From an uncultured Chloroflexia bacterium (GTDB lineage Bacteria; Chloroflexota; Limnocylindria; Limnocylindrales; CSP1-4), in the NCBI GenBank assembly GCA_963837825.1, contig CAWIOR010000014.1, forward strand, positions 242,864 through 306,863: a stretch of 64,000 nt of DNA. Direction: 5' to 3'. A program made the translations under genes and the position numbers. The stretch's first letter is position 1, and each line of letters opens with the position of its first letter. Below are positions 12,262-21,032 of this stretch, piece by piece. The notes under the pieces were generated by a model, which saw only the letters and a list, made by a program, of their open reading frames with translations, was not told where the DNA came from and did no database searches.

Positions 12262-13236
12262 ATGACGGCGGGCACGGCCGCGGTCATCGTCCTGATCGTC
12301 GTGGCCGCTGTGGCCGGCTACCTGGCCGTCAGCGCCCGGCTGTACGGACAGATCACCACGGTCCCGCCCGACTCCCCGCTGTTCGGCTCGCCGAACACCC
12401 CGGCCTCGTTCTCGATGACCGCGCTCGACTGCCGGCCGTATCGGATGCCCGGCTACGAGACGGTCGAGTTCCCGGACCGGACGGGGAGCGTCGGGATCTC
12501 CGGCTGGTGGATCCCGGTGGCGGGCGAGCTGGCCGCTCCAGGCGTCGTGGTCGTACACGGCTACGCGTCGTGCCGCCGCGACCCGGCGATCCTGCTGGCG
12601 GCCGGGATGCTCCACCGGGCCGGGTTCGCGGTCCTCGCCATCGACCTCCGCAACCACGGGGAGTCCGGGCGGACCGGCGGCCGGCACAGCGGCGGGATCC
12701 GGGAGCACGCCGACGTCCTCGGCGCGTGGGACTGGCTCGTTCGGGACCGCCATCACGCCCCCGGGCGGATCGGGCTGTTCGGCATCTCGCTCGGCGCGGC
12801 GAGCGTGCTCATGGCGGCCGGCGCCGAGCCCGCGGTCGCGGCCGCCTGGTCGGACAGCTCGTACGGCGACCTCGACGAGGCCACGGCCGCCGAGCTCAGG
12901 CGCAACCGCCTGCCCGCCTTCCTGCTGCCGGGCGGCCGGCTGGCCGCTCGCCTGCTCGATGGGCCGGGCCTCCAGGCGGACAGCCCGCTGCGGGGGATCG
13001 CGGCGATGACCGGGCGGGCGGTGTTCATCACCCACGGCACGCGCGACAGCCGCCTCGACGTGCGCTTCGCCGACGAGCTGCTCGAGGCCGGCGGAACGGC
13101 CGGCGCCCACGTCGAGTCGTGGATCGTCGACGGGTCCGAGCACGCGGAGGCGATCGTCGACCACCCGGCGGAGTACGAGCGTCGCCTGGTCGACTTCTTC
13201 GGTCGGGCGCTCCGGGGCGACGTCTCGCGACGTTGA
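12262..13236 (+). CDS. Membrane-anchored alpha/beta hydrolase
   Basis: N-terminal TM helix, VVHG, DLRNHGES, nucleophile elbow GISLG, HGTRD, C-terminal His. Confidence 0.88.
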   Translation: MTAGTAAVIVLIVVAAVAGYLAVSARLYGQITTVPPDSPLFGSPNTPASFSMTALDCRPYRMPGYETVEFPDRTGSVGISGWWIPVAGELAAPGVVVVHGYASCRRDPAILLAAGMLHRAGFAVLAIDLRNHGESGRTGGRHSGGIREHADVLGAWDWLVRDRHHAPGRIGLFGISLGAASVLMAAGAEPAVAAAWSDSSYGDLDEATAAELRRNRLPAFLLPGGRLAARLLDGPGLQADSPLRGIAAMTGRAVFITHGTRDSRLDVRFADELLEAGGTAGAHVESWIVDGSEHAEAIVDHPAEYERRLVDFFGRALRGDVSRR

Positions 13237-13270
13237 CGTGCGCACAGCCATGCGCAATGCTGTGTGCATG
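13233..13270 (+). promoter_or_regulatory. Leaderless promoter with inverted-repeat operator of the TA operon
   Basis: TTGACG (13233)-17nt-AATGCT (13256)-6nt-ATG; near-perfect IR gtgcgcacagc...gctgtgtgcat spans -35 to the start codon. Confidence 0.6.
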
Positions 13271-13528
13271 AGTCGACGCACGAACCTGGTCCTGCCGGAG
13301 GCGCTGGTCGCCGAGGTCGACCGGATCGCCGGTCCGCGCCGCCGGAGCCGCTACGTCGCGGAGGCCGTCGAGGCGCGTCTCCGGCGCGATCGCCTGCGCG
13401 AAGTCGTCCTGCGCACTGCCGGCGCCTGGAAGGCCGAGGACTACCCCGAATTCGCCACCCCTGAGGCGGTCGTCGCCTGGGTCCGGGCACGCCGGGCGGA
13501 GAAGACGGGACCGATCGAGGAGGCCTGA
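13268..13528 (+). CDS. vapB: VapB-type ribbon-helix-helix antitoxin
   Basis: RTNLVLPEALVAEVDRIAGPRRRSRYVAEAVE RHH pattern, directly upstream of a PIN gene. Confidence 0.75.
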   Translation: MSRRTNLVLPEALVAEVDRIAGPRRRSRYVAEAVEARLRRDRLREVVLRTAGAWKAEDYPEFATPEAVVAWVRARRAEKTGPIEEA

Positions 13529-13530
13529 GC

Positions 13531-13911
13531 GTGCGCTACGTCCTGGACACGACGTTCGTGATCGACCACCTGCGTGACGACCCGTCAGCCCTTCGGAGGT
13601 TCGAGACGATCTTCGAGGACGGCGACGAGGTCTTCGTCAACGAGGTGGTCGTCTGCGAGGCCTGGACCGGAGCCCACCTGTCGGGCGATCCCGACCTGGA
13701 GGCCCTCCTCCAGGTGGTCGAGTTCGTCCAGCCGGCCCCCATCCACGCACGCGCCGCCGGCCGCTGGAGAGCCGAGGCGAAGGCTCGCGGCTGGTACCTG
13801 GGGCTCCCCGATGCGCTGATCGCAGCCTGCGCCGACTCCCTGGATGCGGCCGTCCTGACGCGGAACGCGAGGGATCTCGCCCTGACCCCCGTCCGCGTCG
13901 AGACCTACTGA
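13531..13911 (+). CDS. vapC: PIN-domain VapC toxin
   Basis: YVLDTTFVID, VVCE, LPDALIAA, VLTRNARDL. Confidence 0.9.
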   Translation: MRYVLDTTFVIDHLRDDPSALRRFETIFEDGDEVFVNEVVVCEAWTGAHLSGDPDLEALLQVVEFVQPAPIHARAAGRWRAEAKARGWYLGLPDALIAACADSLDAAVLTRNARDLALTPVRVETY

Positions 13912-14491
13912 CCGGCGCTCTGCCGCAGACGGGCGACCCGCTCGAGCGCGAGCTGGCTCATCGCGTCGCGGATCTCGCCTCGGTCGATCATCGCCATGAC
14001 CTCGTCGAACGGCACTCGACGCAGGTCGAGGTCCTCGGTGCGCCTCCGGAGCCGGCGTCGCCGTGGGTCAGGCCGGTCGCCAGGTAGAGCACGCCGGTCT
14101 CGTCGGTGATCGAGTTCGACAGGTCGAGACGGCCGATCTCGCGCCAGGTCGCGGCGTCGATCCCGGTCTCCTCGCGGAGCTCCCGCCGGGCGCCGTCGAG
14201 CGGATCCTCGTCGTACGGGACGCCGCCCTCGGGGATCTCCCACGAGTAGTGGTCGAGGGAGTAGCGATACTGGCCGACGAGCACGACCCGGTCCTCGTCG
14301 TCGATCGCCACCACGCCGACCGCCCGGGTCCGGAAGTGGACGACGCCGTAGATCCCCGGCTGGCCGTCCGGCCGGGTCACCTCGTCGTGGTGGACCTGGA
14401 TCCAGGCGTTCTCGTAGGCCAGCCGGCGGCTGTGGCGGCGCCACGGGCTGGCTGGGGACGGGTCCGAGGCGCGGTCAGCGGGGTCGGGCAT
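13905..14491 (-). CDS. NUDIX hydrolase (ADP-ribose pyrophosphatase-like, frameshifted)
   Basis: Nudix box WEIPEGGVPYDEDPLDGARRELREETG; QYRY. Confidence 0.88.
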
Positions 14492-14518
14492 GGCCCGATG
14501 GTAGCCCGGGGACGGTCG

Positions 14519-14626
14519 ATGAGCGCGGCTCATACAGATGCCTCGCGGCGAGCGCGGCTGCCCGGCGACGGGCGCTCGTCGCGCGGCAGCGGAGCACGGA
14601 TCCGGGCTCGGATGAGTCCCACTCAT
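14519..14626. repeat. Pair of ATGAG-N5-CTCAT palindromes, 93 bp apart
   Basis: atgagcgcggctcat 14519-14533 and atgagtcccactcat 14612-14626; homologous pair at 41148/41243. Confidence 0.7.
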
Positions 14627-14672
14627 CGCACCGTGGGCGATGACCCGGGAGGCGGCCGCTAGACTCGACGCC

Positions 14673-16738
14673 ATGCCCCGGATCGGCCCGCCTCGCAGCC
14701 GCGCCACGAGGTCGAGGTCCGGCTGGACGTCCGGATCCCGATGAGCGACGGGCTCGAGCTGAGCGCCAACCTGTGGCTCCCGCGTCCCCCGCGCCGAGGC
14801 CCCCGACGAGCGGTTCCCGGCGATCCTCGAGATCATCCCGTACCGCAAGGACGACTGGCACCGGCCCGGCGACGAGAGCCGCGGGCGCTGGCTGGCCGCG
14901 CGTGGGCTTCGCCCTGTGCCGGCTCGACGTCCGCGGCACCGGGAGCAGCCCGGGGATCGCCGAGGACGAGTACACGGCCCGGGAGACCCAGGACGGCTAC
15001 GAGACCGTCGAGTGGCTGGCCGCCCGGCCGTGGTGCACCGGCAACGGATCGGGATGTGGGGGATCTCGTACGGCGGGTTCACCGCGATCCAGGTCGCCAA
15101 GCTCCGGCCGCCGCACCTCCGGGCGATCGTCCCGATGTACGCGACCGACGATCGCTACACCGACGACGTCCACTACGTCGGCGGCTGCGTCACGGTCAGC
15201 GAGCTGAGCCAGTACGCGGTGAGCATGGTCGGGATGAACGCCCTCCCGGCGCGGCCCGGCGTTCCGCGGCGACGCCTGGCTCGACGAGTGGCGCGAGCGG
15301 CTCGACCGGACGCCGGTCTGGCTGTTCGAGTGGCTCCGCCAGCAGCACGACGGGCCGTACTGGCGACAGGGCTCGCTGGCACCCGACTACGAGGCGATCG
15401 AGGCGGCCACGTTCCTCATCGCCGGCTGGATGGACGGCTACGTCGATCCGGCCCTGCGGATGCTCGAGCGCTGCGTCAACGCCCCGCGCAAGGCGCTGGT
15501 CGGCAACTGGGTCCACGACTTCCCCGACGACGGCCTACCCCGGACCGAACCTCGACTGGCTCCACGAGATGGTCCGCTTCTTCGACCACTGGCTGAAGGG
15601 CATCGACAACGGGGTGATGGACGAGCCGGCGCTGACGTTCTTCCGCCGCGACTACGCCCCGCCGGAGCCCTTTCCGGCGGCCTGGCCCGGCGCCTGGCGG
15701 AGCGAGCCGTCGTTCCCGCCACCGGGCGCCTCGGAGACGTCCCTGTGGCTCGGTCCGGGAGCGGTGCCGCTCGCCGGGCGGCTGACGCCCGAGCCGCCGG
15801 GCGAGGCCGGGATCGATCGCTTCCCACACCGGGCGACGACCGGGACACGGACCGCCCTGTCGTGGGGCTCCGGCAGTCCGCCGAACGGGCTGGCCCGCGA
15901 CCTCCGGCTCGACGATGCGCTCGTCCCGACCTACACCAGCGCGCCGCTGGCCGAGCCGATCGAGATCCTCGGCTTCGCCGTCGGCGAGCCTGGCCATCGA
16001 GGCGTCGATGCCGGTCGCGACCGCCGTCGTCCGGCTGGCCGACGTCGCGCCCGACGGGACCGCGGCCCAGGTCGCCGCCGGCGTCCTCAACCTCACCCAC
16101 CGCGACTCGCACGCGCTCCCCGACGCCGCTCGAGCCCGGCCGGGTCTACGAGGTCCGGATCCCGCTCCGGGCGGCCGGCTACCGGTTCGCGCCGGGTCAC
16201 CGGATCCGCCTGTCGGTCGCCACGAACTACTGGCCGGTCCTCTGGCCGTCGCCGTTCCCGGGCGAGCTGGCGGTCCACCACGCTCCGATCGCGGCTCATC
16301 CTGCCGACGATCCCGCCCGGCGACGGCTCGCCTGCCGACACCGGCATTCAAGACGACCCCGGCCGGTCTCGAGGAGTATCGGCGGCGGGACGTCCGAGCC
16401 GCCGGTCTGGCGGATCGTCGAGGACGTCATCGCCGGGCACGGTCACGGTCTCGACCAACGACGCGGGTGAGACGACCCTGCCGGACGGGACCTCGGTCTT
16501 CGCCGGCGAGCGGCTCGAGATGACCGCCTCCGACGCCGATCCGGCCCATGCCCGGATGGCGAACCAGGTCGTCTACCGGCTCGACCAGGACGGCCGCCGG
16601 ATCGACGTCCGGGCGGGCGGCGAGACGACGTCGACCGAGACCGACTTCCGGATGACCGTCCGGCTCGAGGTCGACCTCGACGGCGAGCCGTTCTTCCGGC
16701 GCGCCTGGGACGAGACGATCCCGCGGCGGCTCGTGTGA
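14673..16738 (+). CDS. CocE/NonD family hydrolase (peptidase S15, frameshifted)
   Basis: PMSDGLELSANLW, PYRKDD, DVRGTGSS, nucleophile GISYGG, GWMDGY, GNWVH; TAGACT 7 nt before ATG. Confidence 0.88.
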
Positions 16739-17902
16739 CCGCCGGCGGATCTCGGCCCGGGCCGCCAGCTTCACCGAGTCGGTCATCCGCGAGATGAACC
16801 GGCTGGCGGTCGAGGCCGGCGCGGTCAGCCTGGCCCAGGGCTTCCCCGACTTCGAGAGCCCGGTCGAGCTGCGCGAGGCGGCCGTCGAGGCGCTCCGCGA
16901 GGACATCAGCCAGTACGCGATCACCTGGGGCGCGAAGCCGCTCCGGGCGGCGATCGCGGCCAAGACCGCCCGGTTCCACCCGGACTGGGTCGTCGACCCG
17001 GAGACCCAGGTGACGGTCACCTGCGGCGCGACCGAGGCGATGATCGCGGCGATGCTCGGGATCCTCGACCCCGGCGACGAGGTCGTGGTCTTCGAGCCGT
17101 TCTACGAGAACTACGGCCCGGACGCGATCCTGTCCGGCGCGACGACCCGCTACGTGACCCTCCACGAGCCCGACTGGGCGATCGACCCGGACGAGCTCCG
17201 GGCCGCGTTCACCGGCCGGACCCGGGCGATCGTCGTGAACTCGCCCCACAACCCGACCGGCAAGGTCTTCTCGCGCGACGAGCTCGAGCTGATCGCCGGG
17301 CTCTGCCGGGAGCACGACGTGGTCGCCATCACCGACGACATCTACCAGCACATCGTGTACGAGGGCGAGCACATCCCGCTGGCGACCCTGCCCGGGATGG
17401 CCGACCGGACGATCTCGATCGACTCGATGTCGAAGACGTACTCGGTCACCGGCTGGCGGATCGGCTGGGCGATCGCCAGCCCCGAGCTGTCGGTCGGCAT
17501 CCGCCGGGTCCACGACTTCCTGACCGTCGGCGCGGCCGCCCCGCTCCAGGCGGCGGCCGTCGTCGCGCTCCGGTTCCCGGACGCCTACTACGCGAAGCTC
17601 GCCGCCGACTACCGGGCCCGGCGCGACCTCATCGTGCCCGCCCTCGAGGCGGCCGGGTTCCGGGTCCACCACCCGGCCGGCGCGTACTACGCGATGACCG
17701 ACATCCGGCGACCTGACCGACGAGGACGACGTCACGTTCGCCCGCCGGCTCATCGCCGACCCGGGGATCGCGGGCGTGCCCGGCTCGTCGTTCTTCTCGC
17801 CACCCGGAGCTCGGCCGGCACAAGCTCCGGTTCGCCTTCCCGAAGCGGCACGAGACGCTCGACGCGGCCGCCGAGCGTCTCGCCCGGATCCGGGCCGGCT
17901 AG
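16735..17902 (+). CDS. Class I/II PLP-dependent aminotransferase (YbdL/kynurenine aminotransferase-like)
   Basis: SLAQGFPDF, VTCGATEA, NSPHNPTG, TDDIY, SMSKTYSVTGWRIG. Confidence 0.9.
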
Positions 17903-17905
17903 GGA

Positions 17906-18543
17906 TCAGCCGACCAGCAGCCCGCGGGCGATGTTGGCGGCGATGAGCAGGACGATCCCGTAGCCGACGAGGCTCAGGGCGCCGGTCGCCCGCGGCGAGA
18001 CCCGGTGATGGAGGAGCGAGCCGGCGGTCGCGATGAGGAGCTGCCAGGCGAGCGAGGCGAGCGCCGGCCCCGACCACGAAGACGAGCTTCTCGACCGACC
18101 CCGAGCCGACCGCCGGCAGGCCCAGGATGAGCGCCGCGAAGTAGATGACCGTGGCCGGGTTGACGATGGTCAGGGCCACGAACTGGAGGTAGGTCCGGCG
18201 CCGGCGTCGTCTCGTCGAGCCGCTCGAGGTGCGGGTCGCCGGGCGCGGCCCGGGCCCGGGCGAGGGCAACGGCGAGGCCCCGCCCGGCGATGAGCACGAG
18301 GACCGCGACCGACAGCCAGCGGAGCGGGACCTGGACCGGCTCGATGAGGCCGGCCAGGGCGGTCCCGAACAGCGCCGCCAGGGTCGCGTAGGTCAGGTCG
18401 GCGGTGGCGGCGCCGGCCCCGGCCGCCCAGCCGTACGCCCGCCCGCGCCGGATGGCGGTCTCGACGATGAGGATGGCGATCGCCCCGAACGGGACGGCGA
18501 CCCCGAGACCGGCCGCGATCCCGGCCAGGAAGGCGGTCTCCAG
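17906..18543 (-). CDS. LysE-family translocator (frameshifted, start uncertain)
   Basis: GLGVAVPFGAIAILIVETAIRRG...GAATADLTYA and LTIVNPATVIYF. Confidence 0.8.
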
Positions 18544-18557
18544 CGCTCAGCCCCCGG

Positions 18558-20079
18558 TCAGCGGACGCCGGCGCCGAACCCGGCCAGCACGCCGTCGATC
18601 GCCCGCCGGGTCGCCTCGGTCTCGTAGTCGAGCAGCGGGTGAGCGTCCAGGCGGTGCTCCGTCAGCCGGCCCTCGATCCGGGTGTAGAGGACCGGGTAGA
18701 CGTCGCCGGACCCGTCGCGTCTCGAGGGTGATCGCCAGGGCGTCGGGGCCGGCGCCATCGACGAACGTGGCCAGCGGCTGGATCCCGTCGTCGACGGATG
18801 CCGAGGTCGGGCTCGAAGGCGACGACCCGGGCGAGGTAGCCGCGCTGGTGCCAGATCTCCGGCCCGCGGGTGAGCTCGCTCGCCACGAACGGCTCGAGCT
18901 CGGCCGGCGCGATCGCGGGTCGCGACCGGCGCCAGCCCGAACCGCGTCCGGGCGATGTGCGCGGCCAGGACCCGGGCGTTGTAGCGCGCACCCTGGACGG
19001 CCCCCGAGTTGGCCGGGATGCCGTGCTTGAGAAGGCCCTTGGCGCCCTGCCCGATCGTCCCGGCGAAGAAGATCCCGGGCACGGTCGCGCTCTCCCAGAA
19101 CGGCGTCTGGGCCGGCAGCCGGCTCTGGCCGAACGTCGCCACCCCGAGCGCCGGCAGGTCGAGCAGCGGGGTCACGAAGCCGGTCGCCGCGATGACCTCA
19201 TCGACCTCGAACGCCATCTCCCCCGCCCCGTCGGACCGGCGCGCCCGGACCCGCAGGCCGGCTCCATCCGGGCAGTCGCTCGATCGCCTCGATCGAGGCA
19301 TCGAGGACCGCGACACCGCCACCCAGGACGTGGTCCTCGTAGGGCTGGAGGTAGCGCGCCCGGATCCCGACCAGCGAATGGGTCTGGACCGACAGCTTGG
19401 CCGGGCTGGGCGAGGCGATGACGATCCGCTTCGCCCAGGGCAGGAAGCCGGAGGCGAGCTCGAAGCCCGAGTTCTGCTTGCCGATGATGAAGATCCGTCG
19501 GTCGGCGTACGTCTCGACCGGACGCGTCTCGGCGTAATGGGCGGCCAGCTCGATCCCGGGCGTCGGCGGCGCCCACGGCTCGGCCACCCCGACCGCCAGG
19601 ATGACGGTCCCGCTCCGGTACGGCCCGTCGCTCGTGGTCAGCTCGAACCGGCCATCGTCGAGCCGGCGGGTCGACTGCCAGCGACAGTCGAAGCGGACGG
19701 CGATCCCGGTCCGCTGGGCGAAGGCGACCAGGCCCGCCTCCATCTCGGGGCGGCTCGGGAAGTACGAGGAGCCGTCCATGAACGTCGGCTGGAGCGCGCG
19801 GTGCTCGTCCTCCTCGGGGATCAGGCTGTTCCAGTCGTACCGCTCGTAGGCCCGGCTGACCGCGGGGAACGGCGCGTACGGCTTGGTCCACGACAGGAGG
19901 CGCTGGAAGAACGGCCAGCGCCGGAACATCCCACCCGGCGCGTCGTCGGCCGAGATGACCGCGTGGGGGACGCCCTGCCGCCGGAGCGAGTACGAGACCT
20001 GGAGACCGCCCGGACCGCTGCCGACGACGACGACCGGGTAGTCGCCGGGCGGGAACGGCCGGTCGCTCAGCTCCGCCAC
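18558..20079 (-). CDS. FAD/NAD(P)-binding oxidoreductase, flavin monooxygenase/FOXRED2-like (frameshifted)
   Basis: VVVVGSGPGGLQ, RYDWNSLI, second dinucleotide motif IFIIGKQNSGFE, IAATGF. Confidence 0.8.
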
Positions 20080-20490
20080 CGGTTCGCGTTCCGAAGACGG
20101 CGGGCCGACGCCTGGAGCATCCGGTACATCACCCGGGGATGACCGATCAGGAACCCCTCGACGGCCGGGCCCGGCCAGGACCAGGCAGCGCAGCGGCGTC
20201 TGGGCCACGACGTCGGCGACCGGCGACTCGCCGAGCAGGATCGACACCTCGCCGAAGAACTCGCCCCGGCCGAGGGTCGCCCGCTCCTGGCCGTCGACCT
20301 GGATCGAGCACGCGCCGTCGAGGATGACGTAGAAGCCGGATCCGGTCAGACCCTGGCGAAGGACCCGCTCGCCCTCCGGGAACCAGCGCTCCTCGAAGAT
20401 GTGGGCGACCGCCTCGAGCTGTGGCGTGGTGAGGTCCGCGAACAGGGCGAACCCCGCGATCGCGTCGACGATCTCGTCACGTCCAGCCAT
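20067..20490 (-). CDS. Stand-alone cyclic-nucleotide-binding protein (frameshifted)
   Basis: FALFADL, GERVLRQG, FYVILDG, GEFFGEVSILLGESPVADVVA; overlaps the oxidoreductase start. Confidence 0.85.
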
Positions 20491-20578
20491 CGTCCGGAGC
20501 CTGCCTCGAGAGTCCGCGGGGTCGTGGCGGAGAAGGGGACTTCCCGCTCCCGCCCGCGTTCTGCCATCGTATACGACG

Positions 20579-21007
20579 ATGAGCCTGACGACGGACCACC
20601 GGATCCAGCTCCTCGGCGGCGTGGCGCTGTTCGACGGGATCGGGCCCGACGGACTGGCGATGGTCGCCGAGCGGGCGGTCGAGGTCGACTTCGCGGCGGG
20701 TCGGACGATCGTCCGGCAGGGCGAGGTGGGGACCGGGTTCTTCCTCATCACGACCGGCCGCGCCCGGGTCGTCCGGGACGGCCAGACGATCGCGGAGCTC
20801 GGACCCGGGGAATTCTTCGGCGAACTGTCGCTGCTCGATGGCGAGCCCCGGATCGCGACGGTCGTCGCCGAGGTGCCGACGGACTGCCTGGCGCTGGCGA
20901 GCTGGGAGTTCGAGGCGCTCCTGGAGTCCCAGCCGCGGCTGGCCATCGCGATCCTGCGCGGCGTCGCTCGTCGCCTCCGCAACGTCAGCGAGGAGCATCG
21001 CCACTGA
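20579..21007 (+). CDS. Stand-alone cyclic-nucleotide-binding protein
   Basis: IVRQGEVGTGFFLI, GEFFGELSLLDGEPRIATVVA (intact phosphate-binding cassette). Confidence 0.9.
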   Translation: MSLTTDHRIQLLGGVALFDGIGPDGLAMVAERAVEVDFAAGRTIVRQGEVGTGFFLITTGRARVVRDGQTIAELGPGEFFGELSLLDGEPRIATVVAEVPTDCLALASWEFEALLESQPRLAIAILRGVARRLRNVSEEHRH

Positions 21008-21032
21008 CCCGAAGCCGGGGAGTGCCGCACCG

